DNA of 52,440 nt from Corallochytrium limacisporum Hawaii (GCA_002811645.1 PDIP01000080.1:59571-112010); one strand, 5' to 3'. Counted from the first letter of the stretch, positions 21,658-33,768 are shown. Numbers and translations: made by a program. Notes: a model not told the origin generated them from the sequence alone.

Positions 21658-24138
21658 TCAGTCCAGTTTCATATATGTCAGTCCCTCGTCCTTGCCTGGC
21701 CTTTCGGCTCCACCGCTGCCGCTGCCGCTGCCGCTGCCGTTACTGAGGCTGCTGTGGGCTGGGACCGCGTCATAAATGTCGTCATCTACCTCGTCTTCCG
21801 GCGCAGTATACTGCTTGTGATCATTGGGTGCAGACATGGCGCCAGCTGCAACGTAGTCAGTGGTCGGTGCGCCAGTTACGTGCTCCGGTGCCACGTAGGG
21901 CAGAGACTGGGACTGGGCTCTGGCATCTTGCATCTGGGCCGCGGCAATGTAAGGTAGAGATGGGGTCACGGACGCGGGCTGGGTCTGAGTCTGTGGCTGC
22001 ACTTGCTCAGCAAGGTTGAACTGTGAGGCATGGACGTAGCCAGTGGAACCGGGCTGTGGCGGTCCAGTGACGGTGGTCATAACCCGCTGCGGGACAGCGT
22101 AGGAACTATCGTCGATACTGTCGCGCGGGACCGGAGAAGGTAGAGGCCGACCAATCATGGGAGAAGCGTAGCCGGGCGTGTTGGAAGAGTTCGGGTCGGA
22201 GTGGTAGGCCGCGGCGAATTGAGGCACTGGTAGGCCCGTGTCAATTGAAGCCACGCAGCTCACTACGGACGTCCCATCGACGTCGGACTCGGTTTTGCTC
22301 GTCTTGGCGTACGTACCGGCAGTTATGGTCGCAGCCTTAGTTCTTGTGGACAGTGACCTGGTGGAACCGCCGTGCTTGAGGAAAGGAATGAAACTACGTG
22401 ACTGACTGTGACCATCTGCAGCCATGCTGCTATGACCATGGTCACTGCCACCATGTGCAGCCGCCATGTATCCAGACTCAAGCGCACTCTGGCTCCCGTT
22501 CTGGTTTAGGGATGAGGATCCATTCAGGGTGCTCTGGCGCTGCTTTTGGTGATGGTAACGCACAAGCAAGAGGGCAACCACGGATAACAGAGCAACGCAA
22601 CCGACCGTGACGCCAACAATGACGCCTACTGTAGAGTTGCTAAGACCAGAAGTAGTCGTGGCAGGGGATCCGGACGTGCCAGTGTCCGGTTGCGTCGAGG
22701 GGGAGGGACTGTCAGACACGGAAGTCGTGGAAGGGTTCTCCCCTCCGAAGTCAGGTCCCTCCGGTTGCGAACCGAAGTCATAGACAGCCACATCACCCAC
22801 ATTCTCCAGTGGAGGATCCACAGAGTTCAGATTCTGCATGAATGAACCTACCAAGGCAACCGCGCCATCCGCGCTCAAGGCCACACTTCGCCCAAAGCCG
22901 GCATCCGCAGCCGGTCCGTTCGGATCGATAATCCGCGTGCGGTTGGCCTCCACGTCCGGCACGATTTCGAAAAGATTCTCCAAGTCGTACAGAGCCGCAA
23001 TGCCTGCATTGGAGACGTCATTAACTTGGACGTTGTATGCACCTACGAGCAGACGGCGACCATCGTATGACATGTCCATGCCAGTCCCGAATTCTCCATC
23101 TTCACCATCGGTCATGGAGAGCACAATTCTCTCTGTGTAGGTCCTAGCTAGTAGAGGTTGGTCCTTTACAAATATTGTAACCGTACCCGAATGATGTGCC
23201 GCACTGTTGGAATCGTTAGTTGCTGCCACCGCAATTACCAATCCATCTCCCGAGATGGAAACCGATGAGCCAAAATCGTCACCTGCGGTGGTAGTAGACC
23301 CTTCCAATATTGCGCTTTCGCGCCAATCGCTGCCATCGGGCGCCGTTGAATTGCTGTCTTCTGTGCCAGCGACGTCCCAAAACACGTACACTGCTCCACC
23401 GTTTGCGCGGCGGTTGGCACCAACAACTAGAGTTCGGCCCTCTCCGCTTAGGGCAACGGCGCTGCCAAAATTATCGCCCGCTTCCCCGTCCGATGCCTCC
23501 ACCAAACTCGGGCTCGCTGGGTCGTAAGATTCCGTGCGGGTGTTCAATGAGTAGAGATACACAGCGCCCTGTCCACGGTTCCTACCCGGGGCTCCGACCG
23601 CTGCTCTGACGCCTGCCCGATCCATGGACACACTCCACCCGAACCGGTCTCCGTTTACCCCATCCGTGTGAACCAAGCTCGCGGGCTCGCCGACACTTAG
23701 AGACGACGGCACATCCACGTTGCCAGAGATGATAAATGAAAAGGCTGCCCCTACCTCATCGTCATGCATAGGCGCGCCGCCAATGATATATCGCCCGCTT
23801 TGATCGACTGCTACTGCTGATCCAAAGCGGTGCTCTGGGTTCCGATTCGGTGGGATTAGTTGTAGGGGTTCCCCCGCCGCTGAATGATTTGATGCCAGAG
23901 GGAATGCGTAAATTTCACTGCGGGCCGGTGATCCCACAACAGCAAGGGAAGCTGATGCTGAAGAAATGGCCACTGCGGTGCCAAATTGCTCGTCTGTCTG
24001 TGGATCCACCGGGAGTAGAGTGTCCACCGGCTCATATACATTTACTACACCCGTGACTCCCTCTGCCGTCACCCCTGTACTTGCTGCTGCTGCCGCAGCT
24101 GCTGCTGCTGAGCACCAAAACCTACAGGTCGTAACCAT
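21658..24138 (-). CDS. FG-GAP seven-blade beta-propeller single-pass receptor with long Tyr-rich cytoplasmic tail (826 aa)
   Basis: Seven FG repeats (QFGTAVAIS, RFGSAVAVD, RFGWSVSMD, NFGSAVALS, DFGSSVSIS, EFGTGMDMS, GFGRSVALS) with GAP/GSP-type motifs. Ser/Thr stalk, TM VGVIVGVTVGCVALLSVVALLLV and an approximately 300-aa tail. Confidence 0.9.
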   Translation of the reverse strand: MVTTCRFWCSAAAAAAAAASTGVTAEGVTGVVNVYEPVDTLLPVDPQTDEQFGTAVAISSASASLAVVGSPARSEIYAFPLASNHSAAGEPLQLIPPNRNPEHRFGSAVAVDQSGRYIIGGAPMHDDEVGAAFSFIISGNVDVPSSLSVGEPASLVHTDGVNGDRFGWSVSMDRAGVRAAVGAPGRNRGQGAVYLYSLNTRTESYDPASPSLVEASDGEAGDNFGSAVALSGEGRTLVVGANRRANGGAVYVFWDVAGTEDSNSTAPDGSDWRESAILEGSTTTAGDDFGSSVSISGDGLVIAVAATNDSNSAAHHSGTVTIFVKDQPLLARTYTERIVLSMTDGEDGEFGTGMDMSYDGRRLLVGAYNVQVNDVSNAGIAALYDLENLFEIVPDVEANRTRIIDPNGPAADAGFGRSVALSADGAVALVGSFMQNLNSVDPPLENVGDVAVYDFGSQPEGPDFGGENPSTTSVSDSPSPSTQPDTGTSGSPATTTSGLSNSTVGVIVGVTVGCVALLSVVALLLVRYHHQKQRQSTLNGSSSLNQNGSQSALESGYMAAAHGGSDHGHSSMAADGHSQSRSFIPFLKHGGSTRSLSTRTKAATITAGTYAKTSKTESDVDGTSVVSCVASIDTGLPVPQFAAAYHSDPNSSNTPGYASPMIGRPLPSPVPRDSIDDSSYAVPQRVMTTVTGPPQPGSTGYVHASQFNLAEQVQPQTQTQPASVTPSLPYIAAAQMQDARAQSQSLPYVAPEHVTGAPTTDYVAAGAMSAPNDHKQYTAPEDEVDDDIYDAVPAHSSLSNGSGSGSGSGGAERPGKDEGLTYMKLD

Positions 24139-27100
24139 TGTGTAAATATTCTAAAAAAAATTAGCGGCTCAAATGTCTTGAAATCCGTACTTTTTGAAAC
24201 CTATATGAATGACTATATCCTTATTTTGTTTCTTGTTCCATGTTGTCCTTACCGTTCATTTTCCCGTGCTTTTCGCTATAATTCGTACAGTTCGCTATGA
24301 ATTACTAACAAACGTTTTATTGACTTTGGTTACAAGATTGAAGACCATACACCTCTGATCTACCTTTTAGCAGCGGTTACCGTATAATGCTTTGTTCAGT
24401 TTCAAGCCAAAAGAGTCAAAATGGTGACTTTTTTCTTTTTCCTTGTCGCTTCCCTACCTTTCCCCCTTGCCTTTGTTCAGTTCCTCGCCAAACTCTGTCA
24501 TCGACCCGTCCATTCAGCAGGCACTGGCGATGCCTCTCCCTCAGCATAGGAAATAAACCCCGTGTTGACACAGCATTTGCCAAACCGTGGCGAATGTAGA
24601 CAGATCCTTCGTGTTCCGTCCCTTCCGCTCCCCCTTCACCCGCCTCTCTCCGCCCGGTGTTGGGGGGGGGGGAATGTGTATAACAAATTTTGCTCTGCAA
24701 ACTCTCGGGTACCAGACCTTTCTGGGAAGTACCCTCAGTATTGCACAAGTATACCAGGGCCAATACAGGCTTTGTTATACACGGGAGAACACCAGATCTA
24801 TGAATTAGGGAAAGACGTGGTAGTGGTAATCTGTATTTTTTACGATTTTTTTCAACAGTGTGACGTTGAGTTCTGAGGGAATCATGGACTTAAAACGAAT
24901 ACTCCACTCCACACCATGAAATGCAAGAGTACATTATGTACTTAAGCCCTCGAGATTTCCGAAGAAGTTGCAATCCAGGGTATCATAATTTCCAGGAAGA
25001 GCTCTGATTTCGTTCTTCTGTGCTACATGCACACATCTCTCTTTCCCCCCTCCCCAGGTGCAGGCACTCTTGCTTTTCTTCTTTTTTTTTTCGGGAAACA
25101 CAGAGAAAAAAAAGGAAGATTAGGGGAAGGGGGAGGTGTCATACATGCACATCTCTCCCGATAACCCCGGGATCCTTCTCTGTAGTTTTTCAGCCGGCGC
25201 AGTACGTTCGACGCTGGAGTGGCTGTCAGTGGAGTAAAGTAGTTGCGTGCTGGCCGGGCTCAGCTGCCAAGTTGTCCATATCACAGCCCCTAGACTTGGC
25301 GGTGGTGGTGAGCCGCAGACATTTGTCACCTGCACCATTTTTCACGTCGAGTTCAGTGGAATTGGTCCCGGATGCCATGTGGGCAGAATCGACTATTCTT
25401 CATCACCACCACACTATATGAGCCGATATTTCATACTTTAAGCATAGTGAAGGAATTTCCAGGGAGCTGAAAAATTTTTTGGGACTAGTAGCCAAACCAC
25501 CCACAAGTTGCGCGTACGCACCAGGGCAAGCGGCAGCAGATATGAAAAGCGTCTCTCCAGTGGCCCAAAAAAAAAATAAGAAAAGAAAAAAAAAAAGGAA
25601 GGAGAACCGGGGGAGGAGGAGCTAGCCTGCCCAAAAACGAAGAAAGTCTTGGGTGAGCGGCAGAAGCGGCAGGGCACAAAGTACAAAGTGGAAGCCCTCC
25701 ACCGTCCGTCTTCCACCACCAGGCCCAAAAAAAACAGGATAAGATCGGCCACTTGGCCACTGATGGTCCAAGGTCCAATGGACAAAGTTTGGCTGCCAGG
25801 AAACCCCGTCGTTGATCTATAGACCCTGTCCTCAGTTTTGCGTTCGTATGATCGCTGGCGGTATAGATACTGCCCAAGCCCTCGAAATTCGTCCTCTGCT
25901 ACTCAATATTGAATATACTGCATTTTCAATCACAAACTCTCGATACCGCAGAAGAACAATTTTTGCCGACGTCTCTTTGGTGCAAGACTTTACAAATTTT
26001 GCAACGGACCAGGTGGAGGGAAGGGTCTAGACACTCCCCTCGCGCGAAGCGAGGAAGAGGGAGGGAGGAGGGAGAGACATGGGACATTAGGAGTGTGGAG
26101 GAGCTGTCAATGAGTAATTCATATTGAAACTATGGAGGCGTGTCGGCTGACGTGGAGTGCTGAGGGTGCTGAAGTGAAGTGGGGGCGGCGACGCTGCGGG
26201 TGACCCATGGGTCTCTTAGTGACACCCGTCCCCGTTGGCGAAGATTGAGAGTGGGTGGAGGGGTGCAATTCAGAGAACGGACCAAGGGGATCGGTCCCCG
26301 ACCCGAATGACAGTACATTTTATACTCAAGACCAAAGCAGTCCCGGTTGGGGCCTGACCACGATCAGTATAGCTGCTGGACAATGTAACTCATGCCATTG
26401 CGAGTAGGCAATCTCAACCGGTACAACATACCTGTCCGTTCTTATTCTTCAGAAAGAGCTCTATTTTGCTCCACCAGCCCCCCCCCCGCGCGGCGCGGCT
26501 CATCGCCCTCCCCTGCCTGGGCTCAATGGGTACAGTAGCTGGAGCTATACACATAGTACTGAAGAGCCGTAGGAGTATGGGACAATCTTGGGCGTGTGTG
26601 TCTGCGGAAAAGGTCGATGACGGCTCAGGAGGGGCGCACACGCACACCTCTCGGACCCTGGGAGGCTTTGGAAGTGGTACCTGAACACTCTCTCCTCGGC
26701 AGACGGCTTTTGCCGTCTGCCGAGTAAAACCCCTGCGACTTCCTGTTCCAATACTGAACGTATGACAGTTGGAAGCTGTGCGGTTACGGTCAGGGGCGGC
26801 AAGAGTCATTAGTGAGCCGTACATCACGTTTCTGGCCACGGGGAGAACACATTATGAAAGGCAAGAGCACGACGAATCCCCCAAAAGCCATTTCGCAGAC
26901 AAAAAAAAAAATCCCAAAGGGGACAGGGCAGAAAGCACCGGGTGGGCAGAAAAAAAATTCCTTTCATTGCGCCCCTCTTTTCCGGGAGAGGCGAGGAAGC
27001 AGGACTGAAAGTACGTAAGGCAGTCGTTCCCCCCCGTGAGGTGTGCTCCCTCCTTCCCCCACCCCACGGCCGCGGTGGGCGGGAAGGGAACCAGCAAATT

Positions 27101-29098
27101 GACGGACCCGCAAGCCCTGACCCCCAGGCCCAGTACATAATATACCGCCTGTAGCTGGAGTTGCAGGCTCGTCAGCGCTTGGCAAGATTGGTCGAAAACA
27201 GTACTGAAATCCTTCCCTGCTTGCTCTGCCTTCGAATTCCATCTTGCCTTTTTGGGCAGGCAGTGGAATCTCAATACTTTCGCTATACTTGGCGACCCCG
27301 ATTATGGGGAGGGGCCAATGTGCTCTGGCGTTTGTACTGGCTCAGCGCTGATGATGAGGTAATCCATACATTCAGTACGGAAATTTTTACCTTGCAAAAA
27401 GATGCAGCGGTGAATGGGTGTATGGAATGTGAAAAGGATGAATGTTGGATTGTACAGTACATACAGTATACACAGTCAGAAAACCTGTCTCTGGCATTTA
27501 CTGACTGACTGCAGCACATCTCCTGCCAGTGGTATTGTCCACAGTACCGGCGCACCCGGCGGGATCTATCGGGCACTATGAAGGGACTCGATGGGCGGTG
27601 GCCTCGAGGGTCCTGCAAATCCTCTTCGCGAGATAGTGGAATGACCGGTTCGACGGTGCTGTTGCTGAAGGCGAGCATTTGACAGGCCCTGTCTGGGTCG
27701 GAAAGTGACCACCAATGTCGGCGGTGCGTCGAGGACAACACCTCAGTGCGAGGCACTGTTCGTTTGGGGCATCGTGCACAAAGTCCACGGGTCCGTGCCG
27801 ATCATTTCACTGTTTCGTAGCGGCTCTTGTATTGAGTAAGCGAAGGCTACAGGTCATTCATTGCGTTTGGTTCTTCTCCACGATCTCCACCATTTCCACG
27901 GTGAAGAGGAGCACTTGCAGTAGTGATCCGACATTGAGCAGAGCCGACAATGTGGCAGAGAAGCTGGCGAGCAAGCACGACCCTTCACGAATTGAACAAT
28001 GATGGCCGACAACCACAGTGCACATGCGCATCGCGTTGAGGCCAGGAAACTAATCTGACGATCGAGTATCTTCAGTGTCCACTGTGGACCATTACCACCA
28101 TGACCTTGATGTCCTGGTGCGCTACAACACCATCCAGATGAGAAAGACTATAAATGGAACTCTGCCGATGGCCACTGATTGCGGGATGCCACCTAACCTA
28201 ATCTCACTGCAACGGCAAGTGAATCGACCGACTGGTTATTGCTACCAAACATTCACTATGGAGTGGTCGTAATTGCATGTTTTTCTGCTACTGGAATAGC
28301 AGACTGGTTGTTAGGGGGGTATATTACGGGGTTCCTTATGGGTCATCTAACCCTTGCAGTGCCACGGCGAGGGCATAAGACTTTCTAAGGGGGCGCTGTT
28401 TGTGTTACAACGGCACGACGCTCAAAGGCGAAGAGCGCTCCAATGGCCCGGGTTGCTGTGAAGCATCGGTTCTCGTGTAATCGACGGATGAATTATCTCT
28501 TTGGGTTTGCTAAACTTTAAGCGGAGCATCGTGAGGCTTCCGAATGCGATCTGCTATTGTGGACCCCAAAAACTCCACTTCTGCTTAACTTGTGGAAAGA
28601 CCGCAGGAAGGCCTGTGGTCAAGAGGCAGGCAGATCAAATAAATCCTGACTTGTATTATACGTATTCAAGTTTCATATAGAACATTTTGGAGTGTATTAC
28701 AGCTTTTTCTGGCAGTTTTCACAACGGACTTTCTTCTAAATTGAACGGAGACTGAGCTTCGCCGGCTTGTACAAAAGCTCAACACAGGGTCATCGATGGA
28801 AGAGACTTGTACATTGCAATCACCAGTATCATAGCTTGCGTATATTAATCAGCATATGGACACTATCTTTGGAGAGACATGTTTCTACAAAGAGAAGCAC
28901 CCTCAGTCGAGCATTAAACCTGTACGTTCTACATTTCAAAATATGATTGAATGATTACTTACATCAACCTTGTAATTCAATTTATAGCTTCCTAAGAAAA
29001 TTGAATTGAATCGGGGAAAAAGACGAAAGTTTATTAGCTTATTCTATTAAATGCAACTTTGGTTCTACTCAACAGGTACGGAATCATGTGCACTTGAT

Positions 29099-31132
29099 TT
29101 ACAATATAAGTGAAATGGCCACGATGGATGTGCCATCCTCAACACCAACACCAATATAGGCCATACTATCATTAATTACAGCTGCCTGGGGCCGAGAACC
29201 CGATACAAAAGTGGGTTCACCGCGGATGTCTTGCTGGATAATAACGTTTGCCGGATCGGTCGCATTGAATTGCACAAAGAAGCCTTCACCAGTGTCCTCA
29301 AATGTTTCCTGATTCAATAAGTTTCCCACTGCGACACCGATAATGTCAGAGCCGATTTGTGCCATGTATGCTGTGCGCACACTGCGGTAGTCAGTAAATC
29401 CGAGTACATTGATGGTCACTGAAGTAAAATCGACGTCGCTGCCCCGGAGCAGACTGAGCCCACCGGTAACGCCACCGGTGTCTTCGCTGGTCTGCTGGGA
29501 AGGGGCCAGGGGTAGGACGAAGAGATTGTTCAAGAAATTGGGAGACACTTGCTCGGAGGCGTTCTCGTTCATCACAAACGAGCCCTGCAGACCAAAGTTG
29601 TTTGGACTCAGGGCCTGAGTGGCACCAGCTAGGTTTTCAGGGACGCGAAGAAGTTCAGAGAGTTCAGTGTCAGTCGAGTCCGAGGACCGTCCAAGTACTG
29701 TGATACCGTAGGTCGAATCTCCGAAGTGTGTGCCTGCAAACACCCGGGTGCCATCACCGTTCACGAGAGCATTGGGCCGTGAATCACCAGGGCTCGCAGT
29801 AGAACTAGAGACCTGCATGGAAAAGGTGTCTGGGAGTAGGCCACTACCAAAGTAAGTCATCGATGTCATACCCATGCTGCCACCACTGACCACCAACCGA
29901 TTGTCAGAGGCACTGATGCCACAGTAACTGTCACAAGGTACCAGATAGCTGCGGATGGGGAAGAGGATGTTGTCATCACTCAAGCCATAGACCATGACAC
30001 CAGTCCGAGCAACACCTCCTCTAGCAGCAAGGCAGAAGACAAGCGAATTGCTAATGTCCACCGTGACGTCGTCACATGAACCCAGCGGTGCGATAGGTTG
30101 GGCACTGTTGATCTGTGACAAGTTGCCACCGCCCACGCTCAGAGTCGTTACACCCACAGTGCCATCAGCGGAGACTAGGACGTTTTGCGAGAAACTCTGC
30201 AAGGACTGGGCCGGCAATGCGACCTGGACCTCAGTGTTGCTCTGGGTGAAGAAAAGGATAATGACCACCACCGCACCCATGACCAGGGACAGGATTACAG
30301 CACCGGCCGTGATCCGGGTGTAGCGTTTGCTAAGGTCTTGAACCAGAGACACTTCGGAGTCTGCGTCAGCCGCAATCATTAAGTGAGCCTTGCGGTGCAA
30401 AAAGACCGTCGCCAAGCCAAAAACGAACAGCAGTGCACCAGCATAGCCGAAAAGGAAGAGACCAGGCTCGTAGTCACTGTTCTCGCTTGACTCAACCAGC
30501 AATTCCTCAAAAGTGGGAGTGGCAGCCACAGCCGCGAGTCCGGTCAACATCATCAGCGCAGGCAGGAGTACCCGCCCGAGCCAGTTTGCAGCAACTGTGT
30601 GATGATCATCGAAGGCAATAGGTGCAGGAGGTGCACCACCAGTGCCAGTCTGGGCGGGGCCGTTAGAAGGACCATTAGAGACACCAGACCCGCGGTTGCT
30701 GGCCGGGGCTTGAGGATTGGCAGGTTCTGACCGGTCAGTGGTAATGCTGCTGTGTTCAGGAAATGACATTTCCTTGTCTGCGGCCAGATTTTGGAGGTGG
30801 CGCTGCCGACTGATTCTCCGGCCAATCACCGCGGTCAGCAAGGCGGATATGACAAAGGCTACAAATCCGAGGCCCAAGGCAACGGAGGCTAGGATCAGGG
30901 GTACGAATGCGAAAGCCTGGTCGACATAACTAAAGTCTCCATTGAACAGAATGCAGTCACCGCAGTCCGTACAACTTTGCTGTGGGCCTGATGGACAAGT
31001 CTGCCGGAGGAAAATTTCAGAGTATGAGGTCGAGGCCCAGGGAATGGCAATACCAACGGCCATAAGCACGAGCGGGATCAGTGTCAGTCCCGTCAGCACT
31101 GCCGACCAGATAAACTCTATTCTGTGCGCCAT
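29099..31132 (-). CDS. Five-TM membrane protein: claudin/amastin-like 4-TM module plus TM5 and a C-terminal beta-rich (propeller-like) ectodomain (677 aa)
   Basis: TM1 then W...IFLRQTC...C loop, TM2, Pro/Gly-rich loop, TM3, YEPGLFLFGYAGALL TM4 and TM5 (AVILSLVMGAVVVIILFF). About 380 aa of beta-strand-rich Ser/Gly/Asn sequence follows. Confidence 0.8.
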   Translation of the reverse strand: MAHRIEFIWSAVLTGLTLIPLVLMAVGIAIPWASTSYSEIFLRQTCPSGPQQSCTDCGDCILFNGDFSYVDQAFAFVPLILASVALGLGFVAFVISALLTAVIGRRISRQRHLQNLAADKEMSFPEHSSITTDRSEPANPQAPASNRGSGVSNGPSNGPAQTGTGGAPPAPIAFDDHHTVAANWLGRVLLPALMMLTGLAAVAATPTFEELLVESSENSDYEPGLFLFGYAGALLFVFGLATVFLHRKAHLMIAADADSEVSLVQDLSKRYTRITAGAVILSLVMGAVVVIILFFTQSNTEVQVALPAQSLQSFSQNVLVSADGTVGVTTLSVGGGNLSQINSAQPIAPLGSCDDVTVDISNSLVFCLAARGGVARTGVMVYGLSDDNILFPIRSYLVPCDSYCGISASDNRLVVSGGSMGMTSMTYFGSGLLPDTFSMQVSSSTASPGDSRPNALVNGDGTRVFAGTHFGDSTYGITVLGRSSDSTDTELSELLRVPENLAGATQALSPNNFGLQGSFVMNENASEQVSPNFLNNLFVLPLAPSQQTSEDTGGVTGGLSLLRGSDVDFTSVTINVLGFTDYRSVRTAYMAQIGSDIIGVAVGNLLNQETFEDTGEGFFVQFNATDPANVIIQQDIRGEPTFVSGSRPQAAVINDSMAYIGVGVEDGTSIVAISLIL

Positions 31133-32499
31133 TTCGTTCTCTTCTACGGGAGTCCGATCAATTCTAAAATTGTGAGATCAGGTCTGTATCTACTCCGTCC
31201 TGGTGACCAACGATTTCACACTAATGTTCGTTGTAGAAGTTCTTTAACCCGTTATTGTTGTGCTGTTTTCTTTAGCATATATTTTCTCGTTTGGTACAAT
31301 TTTCTAGTTTTCTGCGAGCGTCTCTTCCGGCATGGTGGCTTCCGAATACCTACATGGCCTCCCGATCTCCAAAGCAGTATCTGTTTCCATTATTGTGTTC
31401 TCTGGCTATTGCATTGTACTATGGCTCCACATCATCACAAAAGGTCTTGGGATCCAAAACAAACAGAGCCCAACCATGGCAATCGCCCGTAGTACCCGAT
31501 TGCTGACGAGTGGACATACCGCGAATCAGCCACTCACCTAGGGTGAGACTCCCGAGGTCGCCGCTTGTGCGTGCACACCTCCCTACACAGATAATAGACA
31601 CGGGCACGGGAAACAAAGAGAGGGAGGGGTGGGGGAATGAGCAAAAGGAGGGCGTAAGGGGTATGGAAAAGGAAGGAGAAAAAAAATCAGAAATTAAATA
31701 GCAGGCGTTGCGACTCGCCCTGCGCTGGCAACATGTATATAGAAAGATTACAATATAAAAAGGCAGGAGATGGTGAATGGGAGCAGGACGGGCCCCGGGG
31801 TGGGGGAGGGTTGTTGGGGGTGCCCGGTGCCCGCGACAAGCAAATGCTTCCCCCCTCCCCTCCTGCTGCTGCCCATTTTCAGCCAACCAGCGCCCTGCCT
31901 TTCCTGGCTTGTCACTTGGCACGTCTCGAGCACCTGCATGAAACACTGGCAAACGGGGGTTCCCACCGACAAGCGGTATCAAAGAAACTTTTTGCAACTA
32001 ATGGCACCTGTGAGGAATCGGAGATCGGCTACTTTGGTATTTAATGTATGTACTTTTCTTGCTTTACCCATCTTTGTGATCTGTGCCCACCGCGAATGAC
32101 ACGTCTGCCCGATTTGATCGAGAGGATCCCATTTTGGAGGAAAGAACTGTCTGGTGCCAGAGCGGCAGCACTCTCCCATGGGTACAAAATGTACTGCCTC
32201 TGCCCCCTCCCCCCCCCCCCGGGGGGGGGCTAGGTGTACGAACAATGAAGAAAAAAAAATCCGTTCCAGACGGTACGCAAAGAGTTATCTGCACGGTTCA
32301 TGAGGGCGGGGAGGACGTCAGGATGAGGGAAGGGACCTCCCCAATCCCCGCGAGGGAGGGAGAGGGAGAGGAGGGGTTGGTGTGTGTGCGTGCGTGTGTG
32401 TGCGGAGGCAGTAGGGGGCGGCGCATGGATGGACACTGCGACGGTGACATGGGCGCAGCAAGGAAAGCGGCCGCAGTGAGAGCGCATGCATGCACGCAT

Positions 32500-32565
32500 G
32501 TTTGTATGTATGTATGTATGTATTTATGTATATATGTGTGTATGTGTGTGTGTATGTGTGTGTGG
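32500..32565. repeat. (TATG)n/(TG)n microsatellite
   Basis: tgtatgtatgtatgtatg...tgtgtgtgtatgtgtgtgtg. Confidence 0.85.
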
Positions 32566-33768
32566 GTGGATGACACAGACTGACACGCATAGACTGAGCG
32601 GAGGCTGACGGACACTGCGATGGAATGCACGGGCGCAGAGGACAGGACTCTCCTAGGACGTATTGGCCATTCAAACAATGAATCAGTATGTAATATTCAA
32701 GGTAAGTCTTTACTAGTTGTATAGAATTCTGTGCGATGTGAGCGGCATTTCAACAAATCCCTTAATAGGTGTAACTAATTTAGGACTGGAAAAGCCAACC
32801 CCTATCGATACCTTTGCCTCCAAGGCGGGTTTGCGCTCCCTAACAACAGCAGGAGTTACGTATGCAAGAAAAGCAGGCCCTTCCAGACGCAGTGGGCTAG
32901 GGAGACAGAGGTATACTTCGAACTTGAACGGAATGCGTACGCCAGAGCAGGTAAAGGTCGTATGGGAAAGGAAGAAAGCCGAGTGTCTGTATTTTATGTG
33001 CAGTAATGAGGGATAAATTCTTCCGTCCCCGCTAACCTCGGTCTTCTCCATTGGACGAAGACATACCTGCGCCGCCACACTAACCCCGAATCTTGCGCCT
33101 TCTACCAGCGGCCAGGGAAGAAACGGAGGATTTGGCGACAGACATTGTAGTATCGGTGACTGTTTTCTGTCTTCTCCATAGCTAATGTACCAAGTTCGAG
33201 ATGGGAATGCGGGGGAAAAATACTTCACACTCTGATTGTATCATCGCGAGTGGGGTATTTGCCGTAATATTAATTTGACTGCGCACTGCGGCGGCGGGTT
33301 CAGACACACAGCAGTCGTCGGTCTGTGTGAGTGTGTGTACGCGGCCCGGAGAGGGGGGAGCCCAGGGCGCGTGGCAAGGCGGCGGCGGCGGGGAACCGGA
33401 GATCGGGGACGGGGCAGTTGACACACATACACATACATATAGATACACATGGATACTTTCACAGTGCATGTTGACTGTGCGGTGCTGTCATCTAGCTTAC
33501 CGCCGAAAGACGCAGTCCAATAATTACCCAGTACGATGGCGGCGAAGACATTGATGAAATACACTACGGGCCGTATTTTATTTGTTTAAGATCTTGCCTT
33601 CATTGAACTAGTTGCGGGTGTTATGGTGATTGGCTGCCTTCTCTTTGTGTACGAAAGAACATGAATCTCAATCAACCAGCTGAGTATCGCACAGATAACT
33701 ATAGATACGTTCAGATCGGATCCGTGAGCGTGCGGATGAAACACATGAGACCAACGTGAAAAAGAGAT

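Noticed and set aside
21658-24138. Annotation as integrin alpha
   Set aside because: No thigh/calf domains and no GFFKR motif; the tail is far too long.
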